Source: the human T2T-CHM13v2.0 reference genome, Homo sapiens. From it: 64,000 nucleotides of DNA. The stretch lies in NCBI RefSeq assembly GCF_009914755.1, contig NC_060929.1, one strand, 5' to 3'. The notes under the pieces were generated by a model. That model ran no database searches. It had not been told where the DNA came from and saw only the letters and a list, made by a program, of their open reading frames with translations. Positions 1 to 16,051 of this stretch are shown here, piece by piece. Positions within the stretch are counted from its first letter, which is position 1; each line of letters opens with the position of its first letter. The translations under genes were made by a program, and so were the position numbers.

Positions 1-1078
1 TTCCCCTGGTGCCCCGCCTCCCTCCCTTATCATGCTGGATGCCCCTCACCTCCCTCTCTCTCATGCCTTAATCGCTTCTGCCCTCACTTCCCTTCGTTGT
101 TTCTTCCCTCCCTTTTCGCCCCGCTCAGCTGCCGTCTCTACTCCTGGAGGCATGTCTCCTCTCATGTCTCCACAGGCCAGTGGCAGCTGGGTGGGACTGT
201 AGCAGCACAGGAGCCTGGAGGCAAAGTGTCGGGGGTAGATACAGGCCCTGTGGCCTAGCAGGGCTGGGTAAGAAGCCAGTGGTTGGGATAAGTGAGAGGG
301 GCCGGGGGCTCCATGAAGGGCTGTGGCTGGGAAGACAGGTGGTTTAGCCACAAAGGAGAACGGGAGAGCAGGCTGCAGAGGGCTTGGTGACCACCTTGTG
401 GCTAGACTCCGTGCGGGGAGAGCTGAGCATGAGGATGGTGCCCCTGAGTAAGGGGGACACGAGTCCTACAGGGCACACTGAGGAGTCGGGGCTCCAGAGC
501 AAATCAATTCAGGAAATTCCAAATGTGCAATGATTTTGCCCTTGTGGCTACTCTTATTGCCCTTTAGCTTTTTGAAGTCTCTGAGAAGTCCTGTGGTTCA
601 GCCTATTTAACACTTACTTATCCTTCATATTTGAGTTTAAATGTCAGTTCTTCAGAATAGTCTTTTCTGACCTCCTGAAAGGTCAGCCTTCCCCCTATCC
701 CCACACTGGCTCTTCTACTTCCAAAGCACTTAATTGTATACTGTATTTGTGTGACTTAAAAAAATTAATATTTGCTTACCTGACTAGATTGGAAGATTCC
801 TGAGAATGAGTTTGTTCACACTAAATCCCTAGCAACCTGAAAAGAGCTTGGCCCATAGTAGGTGCTTAGTATGTTGTTCCAGAAAGAACAAAGGGGGTGG
901 GCCGATTGCTGGGGAACGAGTTTGTTTCAAAGCCTTGGGATGACAATAAATGCTGAACACTTACTAAGGGTCACCACTGGGATGGGCAGTTTCGGTACTT
1001 GGGAGATCATCAGGAAATAGCTGCTGAAATGAGTTGCTTTTTGATTTGAATGTTGAAGCCAGAACCTTCTGGATTTGA

Positions 1079-1237
<159 letters not shown>

Positions 1238-2697
1238 TAGTTTCAACACAGTGTGTGTTTATGGGGAGTTTTGATTAAGTTCAAGGTACCTAAAAATTCC
1301 TGGGAGGAACATGAGCATCCTTTTTATCCTTTTCCTTCTGTAACTCTCACTCCATCTCCATGACCACACACATACTTTCGTCTTTCTCAGCCACACAACT
1401 GGAGTTCAGCCATTGCGTGATTAAATCCTTCATGTTTAACAGGCCCAGCATTTTTGATAGAAAAACAGTAGCTCAGAGCTAAATGGCCAGAGGCTCTTTA
1501 AATCAAAAGCCACTCCCCCAGAGTGAAATATTGTAATTGGCAGGGAGCCTTTCCCCCACAAGAAGGAAGCTTTGTTTCTATATTAAAGACAGTAAATGTA
1601 TCTTCTCTTTACCTAAAGGCAAAAGAGGCCTCTTGGAATAAAAGAAAAATCACTCCAATTTCAGTCAACTGGAGCAGAATCAAATGACTCGTTAAAGTAA
1701 TCCATCACTGGCTGGAAATGGGAATGCCGCAACGGAATGATGAAGGGAATGGGGGTGGGCACTGAATGAGCCTGCTCTCTGGGGCTCTTCTGGGGCTGGC
1801 CTGCCCTCTTCCAGGATATGTAGGGGAGTGGGAAGAGGAGCCTTTCCAGGGTCCCGAGGCCAGATGAGACCTTCTGGCTGCCTCTTCCCAGAGAAGGCTC
1901 TGCGGTGCCCTTCCGGCTAGGGAGGAGCCATGGTGCAGTGGGCATGCCTGCCTGTCCTAATACACTGTGAAACCAGAGCGTTGACTCAGATCTCTGCAGT
2001 CTCCTCCAATTCCCACCTATGAGCTCAATTTTGCTCTGAGCTGAATGAAGATTTACCTGTACTTCGGTCCCTTCTCTCCTCCAGGGAACCTAGCCTCCTC
2101 CCCTGCATTTACCTATCCCAAAAGTTTTTCTGGGGAAAAAAACCAATCTCCTTTTGTTATTAAATATACTTATGTATTCAACTACGTTAATATCTAAAAT
2201 CTTTCCCAATGGGCAAAATCTTTGCTGAACACAGAGGCAGAGCTTCGTGCTCACATGTGATATTGGTTTTGACAGAACTGGCTAGATGTACTCTAGGGAA
2301 GGAGTGTTTGTTAGGTTTGCTATCCTTTTTCAGAACCAGACTTCATCACTTTAATTTTTTTATTAGACCAAGAATACACATAAAAAATAGGAAATTTTAT
2401 ATTTTAAATATAAAATATGTATGTAAAATTAAAAATATAAGCTAAAAAAACTTAATGTGTTTGAAGTCCCCAGCAAAGAAAGATAACTCTTCTTAATGTT
2501 TTAGTGCATTTCCTGCCTTCTAGACTTGTAGCAGTATTGTTAAAATGGGTTTTGTTGCATTTGATACATTCCATTTTCATCTGTTCCATGTTGGTACAGA
2601 TCTTTGATAGGTTTGTCAGTATAAGTGTAATGTCTTGAATGACAAACACCTAGACACACTGCCATTTGAAGGTGAGTCTTTAAGAAATGCTTTTTGG

Positions 2698-2984
2698 GGC
2701 CGGGCGTGGTGGCTCATGCCTGTAATCCCAACACTTTGGGAGGCTGAGGTGGGCGGATCATGAGGTCAGGAGTTTGAGACAAGCCTGGCCAATATAGTGA
2801 AACCCTGTCTCTACTAAAAATGCAAAAAATTAGCTGGGCGCCTGTAATCCCAGCTACTTGGGAGACTGAGGCAGAAGAATTGCTTGAACCCAGGAGGTGG
2901 AGGTTGTAGTGAGCTGAGATCGCCACCACTGCACTCCAGCCTGGGCAACAGAGTGAGACTCCATCTCAAGAAAAAAAAAAAAAA
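2698..2984 (+). mobile_element. AluS element
   Basis: GGCCGGGCGTGGTGGCTCA start, dimer, A tail; TSD-like aagaaatgctttttgg / aagaaatactttttgg. Confidence 0.95.
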
Positions 2985-3000
2985 AGAAATACTTTTTGGA

Positions 3001-3300
3001 AGCCAGGTGTTTTGGGTCACACCTGTAATCCCAACACTTTGGGTGGCCAAGATAGGAGGATTGCCTGAGGCCAGGAGTTTGAAACCAGCCTGGGCAACAT
3101 AGTGAGGCCTCATCGCTAAAAAAAAAAAAAAATTAGTAGAGCCTGTAGTCTCAGCTACTCAGGAAACTGAGAAGGGAGGATTGCTTGAGCCCAGGAGTTC
3201 GAGGTTACAGTGAGCTACTATCATGCTACTGCATTCCAGTCTGAGTGACAGAGTAAGAAACTGTCTCTAAGAAAAAAATTAAAATATAAATAAATATATA
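3001..3300 (+). mobile_element. AluJ-like element in tandem with the previous Alu
   Basis: Diverged dimer with GGAGGATTGCTTGAGCCCAGGAGTTCGAG. Confidence 0.9.
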
Positions 3301-3844
3301 AATGTTTTTTGGTAATATCCCCAGCATATTGGCCCTGTGCTCTGGTAGGAAGAGTAGTGGGCCACATGCCATTGCCCAGCTCTGTGAGTCTGGGGTAGTT
3401 GCTTCCCTTTCTGGTTAAGGAGTTGGGCTAGATCACATCAAAGGATCCTCTCTGCCCTAATATTTTAGAAATCTCTTCACATCTGCATTCCTTTTGGTGA
3501 GAGGTTAAGACGGGTGATTTTCTTGTGATTTCAGATATTTCTTTTGAAACTCTTATCCTCTTGATAGGAAAATGATTACTCCAGAAGGAAATTTGAAGTC
3601 TTGGACTCCTTTATACATTATAACGTAGAAAATTTAGAGAACAGAAATGCATTGAGAAGGCAATAAAAATAAACTCTAATCCCTTCATCTAGACCTTATC
3701 ATTAGCATTTTTCTGTACTGTATTTTTGTCTCTTTCTCTATGTGTATTTTTCATTAAATCAAGCTCAACTAGATAGTATCATTTCCTAAAGTTTCAAATG
3801 TTATATCAAAAGCGTCTTTTATTTTTAAAAAATCTTCGAAATAA

Positions 3845-4090
3845 TTTTTATTGTAGTAAAATACACATAAAATCCACCTTTTTAACCATCTTAAGTGTAC
3901 AGTTCAGCAGCATTAATTACATTCATTTGGTATAATATCACCACCATCCATCTTCAGAACATTTTTCATCTTCCCAAACTGAAATTTTATATCTATTAAA
4001 CGGTAACTTCCCATTCCCTCCTCCAGCTCCTGGGAACCACCATTCTACTTTCTGTCTCTATATATTTGACTACTTTAGGTACCTAATATT
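3845..4090 (-). mobile_element. Old L1M (L1MB-like) 3' end fragment
   Basis: ttgtagtaaaatacacataaaat...aagtgtacagttcag...accaccattctactttctgtctct is typical of antisense L1MB 3'UTR. Confidence 0.7.
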
Positions 4091-4288
4091 GAAATCATTT
4101 TTAAAAAAATAATTTTTAATGGTTGCCTGTTATTCCAATATATAGATGTATCATAATTTATCTAGTGAGTCTCCTTGTTAAACATGTAATTTCCTTTCAG
4201 TTTTTCACTATTGCAAATAATAATGCAATGAATGCCCCAGTATCCATTAAAAAATATATGACCTGTGTTTTCCCTTGAACCTAAATAG

Positions 4289-4585
<297 letters not shown>

Positions 4586-5159
4586 TAGTCAGTAAAATAC
4601 CCCAATTTTGGTTGAGCTATGTCAGTAAAAATTTTTACTCTGAAGAAAAAATATGTGTTTTTAAATTCAAATTCTGAAAAGATTATAGATTCGTATGGTC
4701 CAGAAATAAAAGAATATAATTAGTAAGGGTTTAACAGTAAAAATTTCCCACCCACCCCTGTTCCTACTTGTCTGGTTACCATACTACCCCGCTTATATAT
4801 ATCCATTATTATAAATTATTTCTGTTCCTTCCAGAGTTTTTTATGCATATGCAAGCAAACATAAACACATTTTACTCTTATTCCCTTCCTCCTTCCTTTT
4901 TAGACACTGATGGCATACCTATAACTAGTATACTGTTCTGCATTTAGCTTTTTTAGCATTATTAAGTGGAGATATTACTACATGGAGAGTTTCTTCATTC
5001 TTTTTTTTTTTAGAGCTGCATAGTATAGCGTGGCACAGACATATCACAACTTGTTCAGCTAGTCCTCACTTGATTGACATTTAAGTTATTCCTAAGGTTT
5101 TGCTCTTATAAACATAGCTGCAATGAATGACTTTACATATGTCTAAACTTGTTTTTTTA

Positions 5160-5610
5160 AATTAAAAAAATTGTGGTAAAATACACACACATAAACACTG
5201 TCTTAACCATTTTTATGTATATAGTTCAGTATGGTTAAGCATATTCACATTGTTATGCAATTGGTCTCCAAAACTTTCATCTTGCAAAAGTGAAACTTTA
5301 CACTTGTTCAATAACTTGCCATTTCTTCCTTCTCCCAGCCCCTGGGAACCACCATTCTACTTTCTGTTTCTATGAATTTGACCACTCTAAGTACCTCATA
5401 TAAGTGGAATCACATAGTATTTGCCTTTTTGTGACTGGCTTAGTTCACTTAGCGTAACGTCTTCAAGGTTTATCTATGTTGTAGCATGTGTCAGAATTTC
5501 ATTTCTTTTCAAAGCTAAATAACATTTCATTGTATGTCTATACCACATTTTGTTCATTCATTCATCCATCGATGGACATTTGGGTTGCGTCCACCTTTTG
5601 GCTATTGTGT
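5160..5610 (-). mobile_element. Old L1M (L1MB-like) 3' end fragment
   Basis: accaccattctactttctgtttctatgaatttgaccactctaagtacctcatataagtggaatc...gatggacatttgggttg. Confidence 0.78.
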
Positions 5611-6188
5611 AAACCTGTTTTTAAAGAAGGACAATTTTGTTTCTTTCAAGTGGTGCAGTAATGCAGGCTAAGCCTCCGGAGGGTTGTCAGAGAGCTGTGT
5701 TAGGTTCCAGCTTTACTGAATGTTATATAGGAGGTCCCTGGGTACAGTCCTGTCAGGTGCTCATGCAGGCCATATTACTTCAATCCTCACATTTCAGTGA
5801 GGTGGACAAAATCACTCCAGTTTTCAAGAGCAGATTGGAGAGATTCTGATGACATTGGGTCACACGCATAGTAAGAGGCAGAGCTGGCTTCAAATCCAAG
5901 TAGTGGCTGCTTTGTCATCTGGTGCTTTGCTACAACTGTCAGCAAAGATGACTGCTTCCGAAACTTGCAGTTTTCCCTTCCTTATTTTTACCCAACAGTT
6001 CAATAGCCAGCACTTCCCTAAGTCACAGTGCAAGCCTGAGTCCACCCTACTCTAGTTCAGAATCATCCATTTTACATGTGTAGGATCTAAAGTAGTTATA
6101 TGTTATTTTACTTTTCTCTGTGTGTCAGTTTCTAAAATTAGGTTTTTTTGTTTTTTTTTTTCTGATCATAAAAAAAGTAACACAGACT

Positions 6189-6468
6189 GGCTGGGCGCGG
6201 TGGCTCACACCTGTAATCTCAGCACTTTGGGAGGCTGAGGCAGGCAGATCATGAGGTCAGGAGTTTGAGACCGGCCTGACCAACATGGTGAAACCCTGTC
6301 TCTACTAAAAATACACAAATCAGCCGGGCATGGTGATGCGCAACTGTAATCCCAGCTACAGCGGGGGTTGAGGCAGAAGAATCACTTGAAACCGGAAGGC
6401 GGAGGTTGCAGTGAGCCGAGACCGTGCCAGTGCACTCCAGTCTGGGTGAAAGAGCGAAACTCCGTCTG

Positions 6469-6497
<29 letters not shown>
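6189..6497 (+). mobile_element. AluS element with about 30-nt A tail
   Basis: Full dimer; TSD aaaaagtaacacag on both sides. Confidence 0.95.
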
Positions 6498-6501
<4 letters not shown>

Positions 6502-8467
6502 CACAGGCCCACTGTGGACGATTTAGAACACAGAAAAGCTTAAGGAGGAAAACACAACACAGAATGTTATCACTTGTGTGGAATTCCACCACTTTCACCA
6601 GTTGTGCCTGGTTAATTTGGTTTAACATTTAGCCTTAGTATTTTTTAATGCTGTTGTTTTGTATTTTATTCTACTTTTTCATGAATACTTAATACCCCCA
6701 AAGCCATTCTGTGGGTACGAAATCTATAGCATTGGGCAGGGATTTATGTTGGGGTCCCTGCTGCTTAGTGGACTAGATATTCCAGTAAATACAGTCAATG
6801 CTACCATTTGACTTTGTTTTCAAAACAAGAGCTCACAGTTTACTGGGCCTCATGATTTGACTTTCCCAGATTTCCCTTCTTCTCCTTTCTTTTCAAGGTC
6901 TGGCACATAGTTGGCACCCAATACATAGTTAATAAATGAATAAAAAATATCTTTTCTATTGGCTCCCACAATTTTTTTTTTTTTTTTTTTTTTTTTTTGC
7001 CAAAGAAAAGTGTTTCTAGGACCATGTTAGGGTCTGGTTAGGAAATAAGGAATCAAAGTTTGGTATAAATTTGACTTTCCCAGCAGCTTGTTCTCTGCTT
7101 GTCCTCTTGGCCTGAGGTGTCAAAAAGCTCTCAGAGAACCTTCTATCCACGCTACCTCCCAACCCCTAAGGGTAGAAGTGTTTGGATTTTCACTCCAGCA
7201 TATATTCCTTAGGAAGATTTTCCTTTGAACTTGGAAACTCTGGCTCTCAGAATGCTGCCTTCTCAAAGCAGGCTAATTATAGTGATTCAAATGGCTCTGC
7301 AAGACAGAATGTAGACAGCATACAATTAGAGGCTTGCTAAATGCCTGCAAAATGCAGTTCTTCCTAATTTCATTACTGTCTCTTTTGATTACAGGCTGAT
7401 TACTTTCAGCCCTAATTTTCCTGCTCCCCTGGGTCTTAGTGCCTAGACTAAGAACCAAATCATTTATATTGGTGGGAATCGCACTTGTTGCAAATATCTA
7501 ACCATGTAAGATAATACTTGGGATATATTTCTGGATCCATAAGGGTTCCTAAGATTGGAACTCTTCTTCTTGGGTCATTTCTGACCATTAATTTTAATTG
7601 TTTTCTGAGCAAATTCTTCATGGGTCATTTGAAAAGCAAATGAGAACCACCATCCTTTGCTCAGGGAAAAATATTTAGATGTTGAAGTGGTGCACTCTAT
7701 GAAATCCAGAGGATTCTGCTTGCAAAGCTCTATGCCCTGGCTTTGAGCTCTGTCCATCTTGAGAAAAGTGTACCTTTTTGTAATTCGTCTAAGTTACCAT
7801 GTGGGCTCCAGGCAGTTCATTCCCAAAATTATGTCCAGAACAGCCCTTGTTGATCATTCCATTTGTTTAAGATTAAAACCTCTCACCCTTGGTGAGAGGC
7901 AGTATGGTATAATAGAAAAAATTTCTAGTTAGGGGTCCAGTGACCTATGAATTACCAGGGTTGCCATTATTGATATTATTCTTAATAAGATCCAGCCCTT
8001 TTCTGTCTTATTACTCAGTGCTCCTCAAAACATGGCTTCTACTTCCTGGTCTAAAGTGGCTGTTCAGGCTCCTGCCATCATGTCAGCATTCCACTCAGGA
8101 GGGAGAAGAAAAGAAGGAAAATGCCATTCATCTCTCTTCTGTTTAAAGATACTTCCCAGAAGTTGCATGTCCCACTTCTATTTACAGACCATTGGCCAGA
8201 ACTTAGGTCACATAACTAACTGCAAAAGAGGCTAGGAAATATTCAGGGTGGCACAGGTTCTAAAGGCTTTATATGCATTATCACATTTACCCCTGACCAC
8301 TCCACTATGGGGTAGTTATAAAGACCCAAAGAAGCAAAGGACTGGCCTAAGTTTACCCAGCATGGGCTGGTAGAATCAAGATTTGAACCGAGGCCCCCTT
8401 GTTCCAAAACTAGAGCTCCTAATCACTAGGCCATATCACCTGAATTTTTTTTCTTTTTTAATTTTAG

Positions 8468-8656
<189 letters not shown>

Positions 8657-11600
8657 TAATGAGCAGAGCTCTGGTCAGTACAATTATAACTGTCCCTTCT
8701 GTCTTGTGCTGCCCCCATTCGTGGAATGAACAGCTGCCTCTTCCTTTGTGGACATCAGACGTCAGAACTGAGAGCGCGTAGAGTTCACTAGGGCCAAGCG
8801 GCATTGACCAGGCCAGCTATAATGGGCCTAGCGTGTGAGCCCCTGATGGGTGACGCCTGGTTGTTCCCTCTGTCCACAGTCTGGCCATGAGCTATTCCCA
8901 GTAGCACGAATGAGTGGTTAAAAAACTCCTTTGTGTGGCTCGGCAGTTTTCAACACACCGCTGTGCAGGCTTTCAGGCACTCAAGTATTCTGTGAGAGTC
9001 ACGAAAACCTTATTCATCTAAGAACACAAAAAAACTTGTCTGTAAGTCATTCTTTTTGCTGTTCTTTTATTTTTATTTCCTCTGATATCTGCTACCCATG
9101 CAGCTTCTCAATAGACTGCCCTCCCCTGCAAGATTCAACTCCATGCCCTCAGGCAAGAATGGCACTGCCAGGCACCATTCTTGATTTATAGTGATGTGTT
9201 GTTTCCATTCTAGGCTGCATGGCTACCCCTGGCCCAATGTGTTAGCTCCAGAATTCAGGCCCTAATCACTTGGAGCCCACCCTGAGTTTCTACAAACCTG
9301 GATTGCTGTCCACCTGGCCAGTCTTGGGAAATTTCCCTTAAATCCTTAAAGCAAAAAGCATTTACTCATCTCCTTCTCTCTCACAATCCTGTTTAATTAG
9401 CTTGGTAGTCTTGATATATATGGATTCTTTTAAAGGTCACACCATCCTCCTTGCAACTTTTCTTGCCTGTAAAACAAAACAAAAAAAGTGCTTTGCTTGT
9501 AAAACTTTTTATTTTAACAATTGGAACTCTGTTTCTTCTCTCCCATTCCTCATATTTCTATGTTCTTCCATCTCCTCCCTTTACCTCTTCCTCTTTTCCT
9601 ATCCTCAGGCTCAATTTCTTAAATTATCATTGTATTTTATTGAAGACAACTTTGCCAAGTTCCATCTTTTCTCTTTCTCTTTAACTTGCTTTCACATTTT
9701 CTTTGGAAATAGAAATATTCATTGGTTCTATTTTTAATTCCTGATAGCTCTTTAAAAATTATTTTGGGTAGATAAGAATAAATTACTTTCCCACCAAATG
9801 AATATGCCCTCTTTCCTAATGAATCTTTAAGACATAAGAGTTAGGTATACTTTGAAAACCATATATAAAACATGAATATAGCTAAAGGAGACCCCCAGAA
9901 ATGGTAAGAGTTGTTAACTCCGGTGACAATTGGGGTCCTGGGGTCTGGAGTGGGAGAAATACTTGTTTTTTAAGATACATCTTTAAATATTTTTTTAACC
10001 AAATGCATTTATTATTTTAAATTCTCTTTGTTCATTGAACAAGTTTATATCCTCGCCTAATATAAAATGGTTCCTAGTAAAAGGATTAAAGATATGATTT
10101 AAATTTCCTCTCTCATATCCATTTATCCATTAACCTAACCACCCAATCATCCATTATTAAATTCAGTGGTTCAGAGGCAAATGGGAGCTTCCTAAAACCT
10201 GGCTTATGTTATTTTAATTTCCACCAGTTCTGGCTCATGTTATTCCTGCAAATAGTTCAGTGTTTTGGCAGGCAAGCTATTTAATGCTTCACTGGCTGCT
10301 GAAAAAGACCTAGGCTTTCCAAATCTCCTGCCCTTTTCAATGGAAGCCTAAGGGACCACCCAATCCAATCCTGAAAGGCACAAACCATGTAAGTTTCTTG
10401 AAGAGCTAAAAATGTTATCGCACAAAGATAGATGCAGAAGCATTTTGTGTTCTTCCCTTTCCCTTGTGACATTTAGGCTCTTGATCTTGTTGGATTCATC
10501 ATTGTTTCAGGAGATGGAATGAGGAGAGAAGGACAAAGTGAAGTGGCCCACAGCTCCCAAGTTTGCTGGAGCTCCCCATCCTCAATCTTACTTCTTTTAG
10601 AATTCCTGGGAGCTAGGCACTGTGGAAGTAAAGCTGAGGCTGGGTTGGAGAAGACCCTGCTTTTTACAGTCTCTAAAACAATTATGGGTAATTCACACCT
10701 CCCATTCCTATTTCAACTTCTGTACACAAAGTTCAGATACTAGAGGAAGGTTTTGCCCTTCTTGGCCAAGCTTCCCGGGAGGAGCTTATTGCATTTCCCT
10801 TGTCGAGCTTCCTGGAGGAGGTTTCTGATGCTGTGAAGGATCCATGGTGGGGGCCCATCAAGTTCTTCTCATCAGTTTTTAAACCCAGGGTCCTAGACAG
10901 TTTTGGTTCATTTCCTGCCCCAGCCTGGATTCCCATCTTGTTGTCAAGAATATTTTCATTAAGATACACCTCTATTTAAGTGAAAGACAAAAATAGAAGT
11001 CACTATACATGAGAAAGGAAGTCCCAGACTTCTTGGTGGGCCACGTGTCCTGCATGTCCTTAACTGATCTGCAAACTTCTGCAGGAGGATTACCTGGAGG
11101 CCTAGTGGCATAAGCACAGCATGCAGTTCTAGGAAGCAGTGATGCCTGCTTTCACTCAGTGATTTTCTCCGGTGTTTGTGGTTTGATTCTGCAGGACTCT
11201 GGTGGATTCTGCAGAAGGGACAAAAGGAACCTTTCAACAGTCAGAAAACAAGATGCCAATCTAGGCATAGTGCTGTTGGTCTGAGCCTGGCTATAGTGAC
11301 TTTAAATGATGTCCACTCCTGTCCTCTCCACTCCCTTAGTCACCTCTTCCCCAAGCCCCAGCCTGAGCTAGGCTCCTAGTTTACTCTCCTTATGCTCACC
11401 AGAGAGCAGGATGAATGAGGGACCAGCTGTGGGGTCTTATTAAGGATACAGCCAATCTGGGCTCACCGAAGCTTCAATATGAGAACATCAAATACCCAAA
11501 AGAAGAAATGGGGGTATGGGTTCAAACAAAGGCCATTAAAGATGGTTTTGTTGTTGTGACACATCCTTTGCCAAGACAGCCTCTCTGTTCTCATTCTCTG

Positions 11601-11864
11601 TTCTAAGCAGCATGGGACACAATAGGCAAAATCCCTCACATTTCCTGTGTCAGACAGACGGTACCCAAGCTTTTAATTTCAAGCATTTATTTCCATTTTG
11701 GATGGCAAAAAAAAAAAAATATATATGATCCAGTGACAGGAGGCATTGAAAACATAGTCTCGGTTACCACCTTACTAGTTATGTTTGAAAAACATATATA
11801 CTCTGAAATGAGGTAATAAGTAGAACATGTCTGAAATCTTCTGATACAATTATTTTCACTTTAG

Positions 11865-12224
<360 letters not shown>

Positions 12225-13904
12225 TGATTTGGGCATTAAGATTTGCAGAAAGTGAACACTCATGGTCTGCAGTAAACCGAAGTTTGTAAAGGATGATTAT
12301 GTGTATTGACCCATATCAGACATGTGCATTTAGCCTAGAGAGACAGTAAGATTCCCAACTGGACGGTCACTAAGGAAGCAAGCAAGGATTTAACAGTTGG
12401 TGTGTCAGTGGGAAGCCAATCTGATTTCTATGTTCCTTGAGACTGTCCTGGGGTGAATGGGTTCATTCTGTAATCAATAGGCTCGCTGTTTAAGTCTGCG
12501 CTCCAGAAAGAGGAATTCCTTAAACCAGGTGGGTGTAGGAGAAAGGGTTGTTGTAGGACACTGCCTTAGGGGAGACTTGGCTGTGCCATGAGCGACACGG
12601 CAAATACAGACTCAGAGGGCTTTCTTGGCTAGATGATTCCAAGCAATGGAATCATTTCAGCTGGACTCAAACTGTCATAATTAGTGAAGTCAGGTCAGCT
12701 AGATTCCTTAATTTTGTTTTTTGTGGTTAGACGAAAACCTAGGAAACATAGAAAGTTTACTTGGCATTAATCAACTAATTAGCTTTGAAAACAATGAAGC
12801 AAACATGTTTCTTGGCAAAGTTTTCTATTCAGAGCACTGCCCTCTCATGGACATCCTAAGACGAGAAGGTGTCCTTGCTCAGGGGTCTATTTGTATTAGG
12901 GATTGCTGGGAACTGGGGATGGCAGAAGCACAGTCCATGAGCACACACTATTTATACCACATACAAGTAAATTATGAGACTTTGTATTGCACATTCTTAG
13001 GATACATTTTCATGTGAAAAATAGAAGATAATGTATTGAAAACATTGAATACTAACTAGTTTCTAACTAGAAAAATTTTTTTATTGTTAAGATTTCTTTT
13101 TTGTCATTAATTAGGCTTATAGTGTTCTGTGAAGTCTTTAGGAAAATTGAGTTGCCTCCTGGAACTCTAACTTGACCTAAAGAGATGACTTGAAAATATA
13201 GTGTATCTTCAGAGTACTTGCCAGCAGGATAAGGGGGATTTTAAAGTGTTTCGATGGAACCTTTATGGAGGGCCTGGAGTGTTTATTTCTGCTGGATGAG
13301 GGATAGATACATCAGCTCTCTAAGCCATGCATGTTTGATGGAGTTTATAATCTAGTTGGCACAATAACAATGACATTTGCAATTCAATTATATTGTGATC
13401 CAGGGTAAGGTTACTGGCACTGGGGAGTTTGTGGGCTTTTGATCAAAGGAGTGACAGACTCATGATGGTATTTAAGAAAAATTAGTTTGTCAAGAGCAAG
13501 ATTAGGAAAGGAACAGAGGACTTGTCCAGGAGTACATTCTGTAAGTATGCAGTTCCCTCTCCCTGAAATGCCCGCTTCTCCATATCAGTCTGTCCAGTGA
13601 ACTTCTCCCTCACCCCTGCAGAGCTCAGGCCCTTCCCTTGCACAGCATGTCTGCTCCTGCACACTCTCTCTCAGAGCAAGGAGCCTGTAGTGAAGTCCTG
13701 TTGGGAACCACAGAGGCTTTGTGGCTCCCTATCCCGGTACTTCCCCCAACACCTCTCTAGGCTGAGATATGCAGTGAGTATTTATCAAATGAATAATCCT
13801 GGCCCAGGGATGCAAACTTCCCTCAGAGTGGCTTCCTTGAGACTGGAGTGGCAGAATGAATGGTGCATGCTTGCTGCTCAGAGTGGGGAATATGGAGCAG
13901 CAGT

Positions 13905-14030
13905 GGCAGCAGCACCCGGGAGTTTGTTAGATGCATGGATTCTTACCCCAGACCTACTGAATCCAAACTTGCATTTTAGTAAGATACCCAGGTGAAATAA
14001 GCACTGTGAGTTTGAAGAGCACTGGTCTAT
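13905..14030. mobile_element. MER5-family (hAT-Charlie) MITE fragment
   Basis: cccagacctactgaatc...ttgcattttagtaagatacccaggtga...agtttgaagagcactg. Confidence 0.7.
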
Positions 14031-14324
14031 GAGAAGTTGCATATTTCATTAAAATTGTTCCCCCTGGGCAGGCACCACAGCTGTCCTCTCTCTTGTACAC
14101 TCCTTTGGGTGTGTGCCAAGCATAGCAGGTGCATAGCACAGGCTGGAGGGAAAGCAAATGCTGGTCATCATAAAGCAGCACAGCGAGGGCAACTGGAAGG
14201 GCTTTTTTCGAAGAGGAACAGGCAAGCAAACAGTCATTCAGAAAGTTTAGTTGGAACTGAGATCACAATGGAAAGAGATAGCAGCTCGTGGTGTTTTACC
14301 TCGGACCTCTTGTGCTTGGCACAG

Positions 14325-14461
<137 letters not shown>

Positions 14462-15226
14462 TGACAGTTTCAACAACAGAAATTCTTTCTCCCTTAAAAT
14501 TTCAGGAAGCAGTCTACAGAAATATCATCCTGACCAGCTACAGCCCCAGCGTGGTGTTAGCTGTGGCTCACACGGAGTATGGAACTATGGAAGGGGCTTG
14601 TAAGCTGTCAGCAGCTTCTCCTTTGGGGAATGACCCAGTCAATACTGGTTACTCATTAGCCTGGCAGTTCTGTGTCATCCCCCTACTCAGCATTTGAAAA
14701 AGTGTGGGAGTGTTTTTGTTTATGTGTATGTGTGGTGGGGGCAGGTGGGGTGGGGCAGAAGTGCTAAACTATCCCATACAGTTATAGGATTGTTCTCCAC
14801 GGCTAAGAGTTGTCTTGCTCAAAATGCCATTTTACCCCTGTTGATAAACTGCAGGTTAGTGTATTTGAAAATGTTATCTCTAGGTAGAACAAAAAGAGCA
14901 GACAGGCTATTACTTTGCCACCTGAGGTTATTGCTAAAAATCAGTCTGCCAAAATCACTGACCATATTGTCAGGAAAGATCCTTTAAAAACTTATCAATA
15001 AATTAGGCGGTGTTGTAGCTCTCATGTAATAACAAGCATTCAAGCAAAATACAGGAACATCTGCCATTATTTTCACTGAAGCAGTTTTACCTGGAGCAAG
15101 AAGATAAATGAGTGAACACCGACTGATCCAATAGTTTCCAGCAGTAGTAGGTACAAGGAACAATGTGTGGATACTTACCTTCCATCACATGATCTCATAA
15201 TATTGGAGTTTTTCCCTCAACTTTTA

Positions 15227-15726
<500 letters not shown>

Positions 15727-16051
15727 TTAAATGTATTCTTCCTATGAAAGAGGTTCCATAAGAACTCTTAGAGAAGATGAAGATGCAGTCCACTGAACTG
15801 GCTAAGGGTATGTGTTCTGACGCAAGGCTGTGTGAGCTCACTCTTGAACTCCAAAGCTGACTGACTGGTTGTAAACCTCGAGCAAGTTCTATGACCTTCC
15901 TGTGACAACCTTCTCATTTATTAACTAGGAAAGAAAATAAAAATGTTTACTTCAAAGGGCTGTTGTGGGATTTAATGAATAATAGTGCCTGGTAGACAAT
16001 CAGTGCTTTAAAAATTTTAGGTATTCATAAATGTTATCTTATTTTTTCCAG

